From a virus (lineage: Duplodnaviria > Caudoviricetes): 64,000 nucleotides of DNA. Shown here piece after piece: positions 9,853-19,482 of the stretch (within the stretch, counting starts at the first letter, position 1; the number at the start of each line of letters is the position of its first letter). Position numbers and translations under genes: made by a program. The stretch lies in IMG/VR virus record IMGVR_UViG_3300035208_002804, positions 32,001-96,000 of that record; one strand, written 5' to 3'. The notes under the pieces are model-generated. The model ran no database searches. It was not told where the DNA came from and saw only the letters and a program-made list of their open reading frames with translations.

Positions 9853-10323
9853 ATGAATGAGATTTCTGAAACTGTAAGTGACTTTGAAAACAAGATATCA
9901 GAAGGAGAGCGACTTATAGTTGCTCTAAAACATCTTCGAAAAGAAGTCAATATTGAGGTTGACAAATGTAGGCAGGATATAAACAATGAAATTGATGATT
10001 ATGTAAATGCAGTTGAACGATTTAATACGAAACATGAAATGGATTTACAGATTTTAAAGCGTGCTGAAATTGTATTAATTGATTCAAAGTGGCGCGACAA
10101 AGTTCTACTACGTGATAAATTTACCTGTAGAAGATGCGGATCAACAAGACAACCAACATGTCATCATATTGTTCCAAAACAACATAACAGTGAATTTACC
10201 TACGATCCAAATAATGGGATTGTATTATGTGATGAATGTCACAAAGAATGGCATAAACTCTACGACAATGGAAGTGGATTGAATCAATTCATTCGATGGT
10301 TAGAAGAATATGAAGAAGAATAA
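9853..10323 (+). CDS. HNH endonuclease with N-terminal coiled coil
   Basis: RDKFTCRRCG...HHIVP...NGIVLCDECHKEWH. Confidence 0.85.
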   Translation: MNEISETVSDFENKISEGERLIVALKHLRKEVNIEVDKCRQDINNEIDDYVNAVERFNTKHEMDLQILKRAEIVLIDSKWRDKVLLRDKFTCRRCGSTRQPTCHHIVPKQHNSEFTYDPNNGIVLCDECHKEWHKLYDNGSGLNQFIRWLEEYEEE

Positions 10324-10559
10324 AGGTGGTAATAATATGAGCGAAGAAGTTATTAATGAACCAGTAAGCAACATGAAAGAGATCTATAAATATATAACAG
10401 ATGACAATAGTAAATTATTTTCATTTAACATTGATGGAGATAAAATTATTGTCAAACGATACAATCTAACACTTGACGAAGAAAAAGTATTTAGTTGAAT
10501 TTCTCTTTTCTTTTCTTTTCGAAAGTATTATCTTCTTTTAGAGCATATATAAGTATAAT

Positions 10560-11096
10560 GTGATAGAGGGAAACAAAATGTTAGATGTTAATGAAGAAGA
10601 GAAAATTTTCTATGATGAAAATTGTCCTTATTGTGGTCGAATAGTTACGATTTATAGTAATAGAGATCCATATCAAATTTGTGATTATTGTAACAAAGCA
10701 TTTGAAATCGTAGATGATAAACCAGTTAGAACACGATCTCTATTTAGATATAAAAATGGGGTTCCAATCAAGTTTTTTAAATGTGGAGAATGCGGTGAAA
10801 TTATAACTGGGTGTTTACATCATACAAATGAAAAGTGTAAATGTGGAAGAATGATTGATCAAGAAAGTGGATATTCTCGTGTAGACGTTGGATTTGTCAA
10901 TGTTACCAATGATATAGATGATGAAAATAAAAGATTTGTATTTACGAAAACAGTGTTTAATGCTAATAAAAGAGATGAAGATTGGATTAAAAACCAAATT
11001 AAAAGACCGGGATTTGTAAGTGAAATTTTTGACATTGATGTATATAAAACGATGTATAAACATTGGAAAAAAGAAGAAAAGAACGGTGAAATATAA
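10560..11096 (+). CDS. Multi-Zn-ribbon hypothetical protein
   Basis: CPYC, CDYC, CGEC, CKCG. Confidence 0.6.
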   Translation: MIEGNKMLDVNEEEKIFYDENCPYCGRIVTIYSNRDPYQICDYCNKAFEIVDDKPVRTRSLFRYKNGVPIKFFKCGECGEIITGCLHHTNEKCKCGRMIDQESGYSRVDVGFVNVTNDIDDENKRFVFTKTVFNANKRDEDWIKNQIKRPGFVSEIFDIDVYKTMYKHWKKEEKNGEI

Positions 11097-11343
11097 ATGT
11101 CTGTAAAAAATACCATTAAAAATATAATTGATGAACATCATGAATCATTTGCTAAACTTGCTAAAGGAGCACAACCAAATGAAATTAAGAAGCAATATTG
11201 GTGTCCCGTTTGTAATAAATACATTGAAGAAATTAATACAATGATTGATAAGAATTCTACAAGCAATAATCCAGTTTGTGGGTTTTGTGGAAATAATCTT
11301 CAATGGAATTATATTTATAAATAATATTTTCTTAATCTTAAAA

Positions 11344-12066
11344 ATGATTGAATTATTTACATTACCAAAAGATTACATTAATATATTTTTTGATTGGCCT
11401 ATATTATTTGAAAAAGATGGAATGATCATTAATTTAGTTGACGATTGTGTTTGGTATTCTATGGTAGATACTAGTAAAACTGAATTATTATATTGTAGAG
11501 TTGATGTTAAACCAAAAGAGAAATCTATTTTCCAAATTAACGAATCAAAGATATTAAAAACATTTTCATCTGATGTTACTTATTATATGGATGGAAATGC
11601 AATAGTTTATAAATCAAAGGATGGAAAACATAAACTAACTACATTATCTGATCCTACACTAAAAACTATTGAAATACCAGAAAAATTAGTATTTCCATTA
11701 ACATTTGACGTTGAAAAGAAAGAAATGGAAAATGTGTTTATTGAAGTATTTAATATTGTAAATTCAAATAAAGATGCTGCTGATCACATCTGGTTTCATA
11801 TATTTGATAATAAATTAACAATAAAAAATACTAATGTTGACGAACAACATGAATATACATTTCCAGTTGAAGTAGATGCGAATGGTATTGAATATAAAAG
11901 TAAATTTAGTATGGATCTATTAATAGACTGTCTTAAATATTACAAAGTATTTGATACAATTAAAATTTCAATGGGAACAAATCTACCAGTTAAATTTGAA
12001 TTTAATAAAGATATTATTACCTTTAAAACTGTTGCCTTTCCGAGAATTGATTCAAACGATGATTAA
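11344..12066 (+). CDS. Divergent PCNA-like sliding clamp
   Basis: About 240 aa from the in-frame ATG at 11344; SMVDTSK, SKFSMDLL, ISMGTNLPVKFEF, C-terminal AFPRID follow the PCNA pattern. Confidence 0.7.
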   Translation: MIELFTLPKDYINIFFDWPILFEKDGMIINLVDDCVWYSMVDTSKTELLYCRVDVKPKEKSIFQINESKILKTFSSDVTYYMDGNAIVYKSKDGKHKLTTLSDPTLKTIEIPEKLVFPLTFDVEKKEMENVFIEVFNIVNSNKDAADHIWFHIFDNKLTIKNTNVDEQHEYTFPVEVDANGIEYKSKFSMDLLIDCLKYYKVFDTIKISMGTNLPVKFEFNKDIITFKTVAFPRIDSNDD

Positions 12067-12522
12067 AAACAATTATTAACTCTTTTTTCCTTTTAATACT
12101 AACATTTAAATACTATAATTTACTTTTTTCTATGTAATGTTTGTTCAAACTATTAATGATGATCTTTTAAATACCAGATATATTGTTTGTATAGCAAATA
12201 AAGATAATTATATTATTTGTAGAACATTGAACAACGAAACTCACCAATTATATTATTCTGAAAACATTGATTACTTAATGAAAGAAAAGTTGTCTTGGCT
12301 ATTGTCAGTTAAAAAACTAACAACCGATAACTATACCCAGGAACAATTGATTAGAGATATGAAATGAGTTATAAAGATGACTTGTTTTAATTGTAAATAT
12401 ATGAAGATAAAATCAAACAATCATTACGAATGTGTTTGGTTTATTGCATCAATTATTGATCCGTGGGAAGATTGTGATATTGGACAAGAATTAGAAAGAA
12501 GAGAAAGAGAATTATATCAATA

Positions 12523-12906
12523 ATGAAAAATGCATTTAATTCTACAACATCTTCTTCTCCTATTTTGGTTGCTGCCGGTCCACATGATTTTTATGACCGG
12601 GAAGTAATTTCTGATGCGCTTGTTAATATGATTTGTGATATTCAACCAATGAAAATTATAACTGGTGATTCTAAAGGAGTAGATCAAGTTGTTGCTGAAC
12701 TTTGTCATGGATTACAAGAAATAGAATATGAACGGTATTATGCTAATTATAATAAATTTCGTAAATCAGCAAAAGTAATACGAGACTATCAAATGACACT
12801 TGTCGGAACTCACTTATTGATATTTTATAATGAAACGATGAAATTGAATAGTATGTTATATTATGCCGAACATGAGAATTTAAAGATAAAAAAGATTAGA
12901 ATTTAG
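12523..12906 (+). CDS. SLOG-family (YspA/DUF2493-like) nucleotide-binding protein
   Basis: ILVAAGPHDF, IITGDSKGVD, Y-A-x-Y...SAKVIRD. Confidence 0.65.
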   Translation: MKNAFNSTTSSSPILVAAGPHDFYDREVISDALVNMICDIQPMKIITGDSKGVDQVVAELCHGLQEIEYERYYANYNKFRKSAKVIRDYQMTLVGTHLLIFYNETMKLNSMLYYAEHENLKIKKIRI

Positions 12907-12946
12907 AAAGTGCGAAAATTTTAAGTTTTTTTCTCTTTCTCCCCTT

Positions 12947-13399
12947 TCACAGAGTTAGCAGAAACTGATCCATTGGGTGTGTTTTGCTCAATGCTTTATA
13001 ATTATAGCCGAGATGGGTTGGATAAATTGGGCTTGGACGATTACATCCTGTTCCTATGACAAATGATTTCCAAAGTGCCTGATTAATTGGATTAGCCATG
13101 AAATATGGTTTCATATTTTCAGCAATCCAATGAATGTATATTTCAGCACCAATTGAAGTTATTGATCTGTCACCTTTCCATTCAGGCCTACTCATGATAA
13201 ATTCTCCAATTTGTTTTGCTCGCTCTACACTTGAATCAATTGCTGGTAATTTAAAGTAGATATAAGCCTGTCCATTTGCTTCAGTTGTTGTTTGAAAATC
13301 TATATGTTCTATTAAATCACGGATATTTTCAGCAAGATCGATACTTTCATAACGGACAACTTCTTTCTTGCTATCTGGTGTGTTTGGTATTGTTAGCAT
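12947..13399 (-). CDS. Hypothetical protein
   Basis: 150-aa ORF downstream of a 56-aa ORF (13415-13585) in a small minus-strand unit with its own TATA box. Confidence 0.55.
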   Translation of the reverse strand: MLTIPNTPDSKKEVVRYESIDLAENIRDLIEHIDFQTTTEANGQAYIYFKLPAIDSSVERAKQIGEFIMSRPEWKGDRSITSIGAEIYIHWIAENMKPYFMANPINQALWKSFVIGTGCNRPSPIYPTHLGYNYKALSKTHPMDQFLLTL

Positions 13400-13660
13400 T
13401 TAAATCACTACTGATCACTGGAATAACTTAAACTTGTTTAGATATTCTACAATTAATTTGTTGTATTGATTTTCTTTTGGAACAGTGAATGATTGAAATC
13501 CATCTTTTCCAGTTTCCTGATATGTAATTTTAATTTTTTCATCATCATAGCCAGTAAAAGTTATTACATATTTTTCATTAACCATACACCAATAGATGAA
13601 GATACCAGTATATAAAAATTAGTAAAAGAAATGGGAAGTTTTCAATACCTCTCTCTTTTC

Positions 13661-13695
13661 GATAACTTTATCTATTTCCATTCCTATTATTATAT
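13661..13695 (+). promoter_or_regulatory. Leaderless promoter, TTTATCT class
   Basis: GATAACTTTATCTATTTCCA is identical at 13661 and 14892; TTTATCT lies 29 nt before the ATG in both. Confidence 0.7.
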
Positions 13696-14889
13696 ATGAT
13701 AGAAGTTAATGGATCGTTTGCTGATGCTATTGTTTTTAATGATTTGGTTGAAGATGGAGCAATCAAACAGATTACTGGATTGTGTAATAATGAGGCAAGT
13801 AAGGGTAGCAAAATTCGCGTGATGAGTGATATTCATGAGGGAAATGGATGCACTATTGGCACCACAATGACGATTCATGATCGTGTTACACCTAATTTGG
13901 TTGGGGTTGATATTGGATGTGGTATGCTCTGTGTAAAATTAGAAGATTCTGAAATAGACTTCAGATTACTTGATGCTGTAATTCATAAAAATATTCCTTC
14001 TGGATTTAACAGCAGAGAGACGATTTATACCCATCATGGAGACATTGATCTTAACAATCTGCACTGTGTTGCTCATATGAATAAATTGGATCGAGCATAT
14101 TATCAGTTGGGAACACTTGGTGGAGGAAATCACTTTATTGAGATTGATAAAGGATCTGATGGATCGTATTATCTTGTAATTCATTCTGGATCTAGGAACA
14201 TTGGCAAGCAAGTTGCAGAGCACTATCAGAAATTGGCAATTAACAGTATGTATTCATATAGGGAAAACTATCGTAAAATGATTATTGATGAGTTAACAAG
14301 TAGTGGGAGATCTCGTCTGATTGGTGAGAGATTGGGTGTATTACCTCATATTATTGATGATCTTGCATATTTGACAGGTAAGGATATGGAAAATTATCTT
14401 GATGATATGAACCTGTGTCAATGGTATGCAGACATCAATCGAAAAATTATAGCGGAGATAATTATCAATGAGATGAAATTTACTTCTGGTGGTATGTTCA
14501 CTACAATTCATAATTATATTGATTGTGAAAATATGATTTTGCGTAAGGGGGCGATTTCGGCACAAAAGGACGAAATGGTTATTATTCCGATGAATATGAG
14601 AGATGGCAGCATTATTGCAATTGGAAAGGGTAATTCCGATTGGAATTTTAGTGCTCCTCATGGTGCTGGTAGAATTATGGGTCGCAGAGAGGCAAAGCGC
14701 ACGTTTAAACTGGAAGACTTTCAGGAGTCTATGAAGGGAATTTATACGACTTCGGTTAGTCAGAACACTATTGATGAAAGCCCATTTGTATATAAGCCAA
14801 TTGAAGAAATTATAAAATATATTGACGATACAGTTGATATTGTTGATGTTATTGAACCAGTGTATAACTTTAAAAATGATGGACGATAG
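13696..14889 (+). CDS. rtcB: RtcB RNA ligase
   Basis: MSDIH, VGVDIGCG, GTLGGGNHFIE, HSGSR, HNYID, RKGA, PHGAGR, DESP-x-x-YK. Confidence 0.95.
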   Translation: MIEVNGSFADAIVFNDLVEDGAIKQITGLCNNEASKGSKIRVMSDIHEGNGCTIGTTMTIHDRVTPNLVGVDIGCGMLCVKLEDSEIDFRLLDAVIHKNIPSGFNSRETIYTHHGDIDLNNLHCVAHMNKLDRAYYQLGTLGGGNHFIEIDKGSDGSYYLVIHSGSRNIGKQVAEHYQKLAINSMYSYRENYRKMIIDELTSSGRSRLIGERLGVLPHIIDDLAYLTGKDMENYLDDMNLCQWYADINRKIIAEIIINEMKFTSGGMFTTIHNYIDCENMILRKGAISAQKDEMVIIPMNMRDGSIIAIGKGNSDWNFSAPHGAGRIMGRREAKRTFKLEDFQESMKGIYTTSVSQNTIDESPFVYKPIEEIIKYIDDTVDIVDVIEPVYNFKNDGR

Positions 14890-14891
14890 AA

Positions 14892-14926
14892 GATAACTTT
14901 ATCTATTTCCACCTCTATTCTTATAT
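14892..14926 (+). promoter_or_regulatory. Leaderless promoter, TTTATCT class
   Basis: Second copy of GATAACTTTATCTATTTCCA...TATATATG. Confidence 0.7.
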
Positions 14927-15268
14927 ATGCAGATTGTTAAAGGGTCTGGTAAATCTGAAATACTTGCACTGAAAAATGCTAATGGGAAAACTTTGGATAT
15001 TATATCCTTTACTAATGGGAAGAAAGTTTTTTGCTCATACCGTGAAGAGATTGAAAATGCAGTAAACAAAGTTAAAGGTGGTAAAGTTCTTGCATTGCCA
15101 CGAGTATTCTTTAAAAAGAACCTTGAATTTTATGCAAGCATTCGTAGTTACGATGATAGTTATTTTGTATGTACGACAACTACTTACGCGCCTTTATTCT
15201 TCGTCAAAAAAGAAGATGTATTGAAAGAAGAATTTGTAGTTGACTTTTTAAGCGGTGACGAAGAATAG
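14927..15268 (+). CDS. Hypothetical protein
   Basis: 113-aa ORF preceded by the same promoter motif as rtcB. Confidence 0.55.
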   Translation: MQIVKGSGKSEILALKNANGKTLDIISFTNGKKVFCSYREEIENAVNKVKGGKVLALPRVFFKKNLEFYASIRSYDDSYFVCTTTTYAPLFFVKKEDVLKEEFVVDFLSGDEE

Positions 15269-15302
15269 GGAAGTTATATCTACAATTCTCCCAATACATA
15301 TG

Positions 15303-15403
15303 TTTAAATAATAGTAATTTCACAAGTTATAGTGCAGACACCAAGAGGAAGAAATTTTTCTCTTTTCTTTCTTTTGCAGAGTGTTTTAGCATTTGTGGTC
15401 TGG
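15303..15403 (+). ncRNA. Dispersed promoter/small-RNA-like element, copy B
   Basis: TTTAAATA at 15303, AGTGC with G at 15332, purine arm, T-tract, TTTTAGCATTTGTGGTCTG. Confidence 0.5.
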
Positions 15404-15495
15404 TTTCTTTTGTTCAGTGTTTTAGTTATCTTAATATATTATTGTTTCTTTGAAAACGATGTATTGATATATCTGTAAATCAATACTTATATAGT

Positions 15496-15783
15496 ATGCT
15501 CAAATGTAATAAATGCCATCTTATTTTTAAAGAGTTGATTGATAAGTGCCCTGAATGTAATGATGAACTTATAGTGATGTGTGAAAATGATAAGATGGGG
15601 TGTAGTTGTGGAGTTGTGGCTGGATTAAAGGTATGCGAGATATGTGGAGAATTTATTTGTCCAACATGTGGGTGTCACTCGGTAACTGCTGTTTCTCGGG
15701 TTACAGGATATTTACAAGATGTAAGTGGTTGGAATCTTGCAAAGAAAACCGAGTTAGTTAATCGACACAGATACGAGGTATAA
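15496..15783 (+). CDS. Stand-alone glycyl-radical/Zn-finger domain of class III ribonucleotide reductase
   Basis: Several CxxC pairs, then CPTCG...SRVTGYL...WN-x-x-K-x-x-E-x-x-x-R, the NrdD C-terminal glycyl radical signature. Confidence 0.88.
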   Translation: MLKCNKCHLIFKELIDKCPECNDELIVMCENDKMGCSCGVVAGLKVCEICGEFICPTCGCHSVTAVSRVTGYLQDVSGWNLAKKTELVNRHRYEV

Positions 15784-16007
15784 TGATCTCGGTTTTTACG
15801 TTACCTGTTTGTCCAAATTGTGATGACTTAAAGGAAAAGTTAATTAAAATGGATTTACAATTTGAGACATATAATCTTGAGGATGCTGATGTGCGGATTG
15901 ATTTATTAATGAAGTCTGTTACGTTGGTGGAAGCACCTATTGTTGAAATTAATGGGAGATATATGAGTGGAAAGGAAGCGCTTGTGGAGTTGAATATACT
16001 TGAGTAA
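15783..16007 (+). CDS. nrdH: NrdH-like glutaredoxin
   Basis: CPNC redox motif, EAPIVEING cis-Pro motif, position inside the RNR operon. Confidence 0.8.
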   Translation: MISVFTLPVCPNCDDLKEKLIKMDLQFETYNLEDADVRIDLLMKSVTLVEAPIVEINGRYMSGKEALVELNILE

Positions 16008-19000
16008 TGTTAGGGTTAGAAAGGAAGATGGATCTATTGAAAGTTTTGATAAGAATAAGATTATTGAATCAATACGAAAAGAAACTGGTTGTGTTGGCAA
16101 AATCATAGAGGAAATTGTAGATGAAGTTTATACAACATTAAAAGTTATTCGATTAGATCCTGTAACCGGACCTCTTATTCGAGAATTTATTAACACAAAG
16201 TTTTTAGAACATGGTATGGACGATTGTCGCAGAAAATATACTCGTGTTGGAATGCCAGTATATGATGCCAGAAAAACAGATCTTGGGTATGGAAAGGGTG
16301 ATAATGCCAATCTTAATAGCATGTGCCCTGAGACCGGGCATAAAAGAAAAGCAGATCAACTTTCAAAAGAACAGTATCTACTATCATTTCCAAATTACAT
16401 ATCCGAAGCCCATTTAAACGGAGATGTTCATATTCATGACCTGGAATACTTCGGAAATCGAATTTTTTGTCAAGATCACGACATGCGATATTTTTTTAAG
16501 CATGGATTTATAGGTGATGGCACAGGACATCAAACATCAATTGCGGGACCGGCAATGAGACCAGAAGTTGCAATATTACATGCTGTAAAGGTTCTTGGAT
16601 CGGCACAGACAAATTGCATGGGCGGGCAGGGTTTAATGGCATTTTTAACATTTTTGTCGCCTTATTTTAAAAATGAACCTTATAAAGTTTATACTCAATG
16701 TATGCAAGAATTGTGCTATGAACTCACTCAAATGCTTGTTGCAAGAGGGGGCCAGTCAACAAGGTTCGATGAAGTTTTAGTAATTAAAGACGATAATAAT
16801 ATTTCACTTATTAAAATTGGTGAGTTTTGTCATAAATATTTGTCTGAAGATGGCACTTATATCTTTGATGGTGATGAAAAGAAATATGAAATCTTATCAT
16901 TGAATCGAAAAACAGGCACTTTAGAGTGGAAAAAAATTAATGGTGTATATGTTCATAAATCAGAATCACAGTTAAAAGAAACGACATTATCAGATGGACG
17001 ATCAGTAGTAACGACATCAGATCATTCTCTCTTTACACTTGATGATAATTGTAATATTGTTGAGATTACTCCATCAGAAAGACCAAATACCATATTAACA
17101 GTTAAAAACATTCCCTTCGCTGGAAAACCTTTTGATAAAGATTTGATGTTCCTTATCGGGGCCTGTATTGGTGATGGAAATTTATATGCAAATAATGGAA
17201 TTTATGATAGTGCGATTAATATTAATGTTTCATCGGTTGATGTTTACAAAAGAATACAATCTATTGTAAAATCTTATGGTGTATCAGATTGTGTGTTTAA
17301 ACCGGTTAATGGTTCGTGTAATTTATATCATTCGCAATTCCAAACAACGGGTATACCATATATTACAGAAATAGGATACCGAGCCCCTAATAAAAAAATA
17401 CCAGATGTATTATTATCTGGAGATGATGAATCTTTATATGAATTACTTAATGGTTTGATTTCTACAGATGGGGATGTGTCCCGTAGACGATATGAATATA
17501 ATACTACTTCTAAAAAACTTGCAATACAAATTGAATTTATTCTTCGTAGACTTGGATTAGATTATTCAATATCATCTTCAATGAAAAGTAGTAATTTTAA
17601 GAGAAATTATCCAGTCTATGTAATTCGTATATCTGCGAGTTGTTCTTCCAATATCAAAATTACAAATTTATCAAGGCATATTGAATCTTTGAATGGACCA
17701 AATCAACAAAAACACGATTTCAGAACTATAAAACCGTTATTAAAACAATATTTAGGGCGTGGATTTTATAGATTTGGACACAGTGAATTATTGGCAAATA
17801 ATAGAAAACTAAAACGTGAACATATAGAAGATTTGCAAGAATCTATTCCTGATATTTGGAATAAGGTTAAAAATATATTGCCAATGGAAGTTAAATTAAT
17901 TAACTCTTATCCAGATGAAGAATTTGTGTATGATATTGGTGTAGATGACAATGAGAATTTTGTGCTACATAATGGAATAATCTGTCATAATACAGTATTT
18001 AGTAGCGTACAATTAACTCCTGGGGTTCCCGATATATGGAAAAATGTTCCTGCTGTTTATAAAGGAAAACTTCATGATGGTGAGGAATCAATACTTGATG
18101 TATATGGTAATTATGAAAAAGAAGTTAGATTACTGTTTAAAGCAATAATGGAAGTGATGATAGAAGGGGATTATGCAGGAAAACCATTTTATTTCCCAAA
18201 ACCTGAAATTACATTAGAAGAATCATTTATTCAAAATCTTGATAATGAAGTTAATGATGCTCCCACGTATAGGGATTTATATATTAAAGCATTTGAATTA
18301 GCAAGTAAATTTGGAACTCCATATTTTGATAATCTGTTACCGAGTTGGAGAAAAACGGGAGGAATCGAATGTTATCAGTGTTGCGCGTACAGATTTACTT
18401 CTGATTCCGATTCTGATGATTTTAATGACAAATTAAATTTTGTAAATGGAAATCATTTTAGTATGGGTGCAATGCAGGTTATGACTATTAATTTTCCACG
18501 ACTTGCTTATATAGCATGTAGTGAAAATAATGGAATTAATATTGATTTATATTTTGAAAATTTATGTAAAAAACAAATTGACTTGTGTTGTGATGTGTTT
18601 TTGTTAAAATCAAAAATGGTTGGTGAAACGAAGGCATCCTTTTTACAACAGGTTCATGGTGGTAAAATATTGGTCGATTTTAAAGATCTTGTTTATACAA
18701 TAGGCGTTATTGGGATGAACGAGGTGTGTGAAATCTTATATGGTGCTAATATTTACGTAGACAATGAAGTTACTAAAAAGGCAATGAAATTTGTTATGAA
18801 AATGAAAGATTATTGTGCTGAAAAATCTAATGAACTTGGAATTACAATTGCATTTGCAAGAACACCAGCAGAAACAACAGCACAAAGATTTGCCGTGTTA
18901 GATTTGCTTAATTATGGGGATGCTCATAAATTTGTGAAAGGTGATGTAAAAGAAGCAATAAAAAAATATGCTGAAACTGGTAGCAGAGACTTGCCAATTT

Positions 19001-19251
19001 ATTATACAAATGGAACCCATTGCCCTGTGGATGCTGACATAGCATTAAGTGATAAAATTAAGATAGAGCAGGCATTTTTCCCAATTCTAGATGGTGGTAA
19101 CATTTGTCATATATTTTTGGGTGAAGCGGCACCAGATCCAAGGGGTCTTATGGATATGACTTTAAAAATTTGTAAATCTACTAATCTTGGATATTTTGCA
19201 TTCACAAAAGATTTCACAATTTGTAATAATGGATATAGATATTATGACTGA
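16000..19251 (+). CDS. nrdD: Anaerobic (class III) ribonucleotide reductase catalytic subunit with ATP-cone and intein; lacks the glycyl radical domain
   Basis: ATP-cone (VRKEDGSIESFD), HIHDLEY, GGQG, ARGGQ/TVFSS, YQCC, TPAET, YYTNGTH, GGNICH; ends at TICNNGYRYYD. Confidence 0.93.
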   Translation: MSNVRVRKEDGSIESFDKNKIIESIRKETGCVGKIIEEIVDEVYTTLKVIRLDPVTGPLIREFINTKFLEHGMDDCRRKYTRVGMPVYDARKTDLGYGKGDNANLNSMCPETGHKRKADQLSKEQYLLSFPNYISEAHLNGDVHIHDLEYFGNRIFCQDHDMRYFFKHGFIGDGTGHQTSIAGPAMRPEVAILHAVKVLGSAQTNCMGGQGLMAFLTFLSPYFKNEPYKVYTQCMQELCYELTQMLVARGGQSTRFDEVLVIKDDNNISLIKIGEFCHKYLSEDGTYIFDGDEKKYEILSLNRKTGTLEWKKINGVYVHKSESQLKETTLSDGRSVVTTSDHSLFTLDDNCNIVEITPSERPNTILTVKNIPFAGKPFDKDLMFLIGACIGDGNLYANNGIYDSAININVSSVDVYKRIQSIVKSYGVSDCVFKPVNGSCNLYHSQFQTTGIPYITEIGYRAPNKKIPDVLLSGDDESLYELLNGLISTDGDVSRRRYEYNTTSKKLAIQIEFILRRLGLDYSISSSMKSSNFKRNYPVYVIRISASCSSNIKITNLSRHIESLNGPNQQKHDFRTIKPLLKQYLGRGFYRFGHSELLANNRKLKREHIEDLQESIPDIWNKVKNILPMEVKLINSYPDEEFVYDIGVDDNENFVLHNGIICHNTVFSSVQLTPGVPDIWKNVPAVYKGKLHDGEESILDVYGNYEKEVRLLFKAIMEVMIEGDYAGKPFYFPKPEITLEESFIQNLDNEVNDAPTYRDLYIKAFELASKFGTPYFDNLLPSWRKTGGIECYQCCAYRFTSDSDSDDFNDKLNFVNGNHFSMGAMQVMTINFPRLAYIACSENNGINIDLYFENLCKKQIDLCCDVFLLKSKMVGETKASFLQQVHGGKILVDFKDLVYTIGVIGMNEVCEILYGANIYVDNEVTKKAMKFVMKMKDYCAEKSNELGITIAFARTPAETTAQRFAVLDLLNYGDAHKFVKGDVKEAIKKYAETGSRDLPIYYTNGTHCPVDADIALSDKIKIEQAFFPILDGGNICHIFLGEAAPDPRGLMDMTLKICKSTNLGYFAFTKDFTICNNGYRYYD
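16756..17991 (+). mobile_element. Intein (412 aa) with LAGLIDADG homing endonuclease
   Basis: Begins with Ser after ARGGQ; TSDHS block B; LIGACIGDG and LLNGLISTDG; ends VYDIGV...HNGIICHN followed by Thr. Removal restores GGQTVFSS. Confidence 0.92.
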
Positions 19252-19477
19252 TATTTTAGAAGAAATAAATGACATTAAAAAATATGCATTGAATGAAGAC
19301 GGTGCAAGGATTCTTCGCATTACTAAAGCACTTGAACGAAATCATAAAAAATTTGGAGCAGCGTATTGCCCATGTAAAGTTGATAAAATCCCAGAAAACA
19401 TTTGCCCGTGTTATGATTTTACTGACACTGGAATCTGTAAATGTGGCCTTTATCAAAATGTAGTTAAAGAAGAATAA
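19244..19477 (+). CDS. Ferredoxin:thioredoxin/disulfide reductase catalytic-subunit-like protein
   Basis: CPC...CPC...CKCGLY motif set; ATG at 19244 overlaps the nrdD stop. Confidence 0.85.
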   Translation: MTDILEEINDIKKYALNEDGARILRITKALERNHKKFGAAYCPCKVDKIPENICPCYDFTDTGICKCGLYQNVVKEE

Positions 19478-19482
19478 TCATT

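Noticed and set aside
11245-11343. Hydrophobic N-terminal extension of the PCNA-like ORF
   Set aside because: Overlaps the upstream gene; the ATG at 11344 gives a clamp-sized protein.
12880-12945. Possible seventh element copy (TTTAAAGA...AGTGCG...T-tract)
   Set aside because: The TATA-like box is inside a coding region, there is no purine arm or shared tail, and it fits a simple terminator between convergent genes.
15332-15478. GTG-initiated 48-aa hydrophobic peptide in element copy B (and a 53-aa one in copy D), suggesting type I toxin-like peptides
   Set aside because: Frames are not conserved across copies (A stops at once; C, E and F stop early; D and F differ by an indel) and T-rich DNA gives hydrophobic translations by default.
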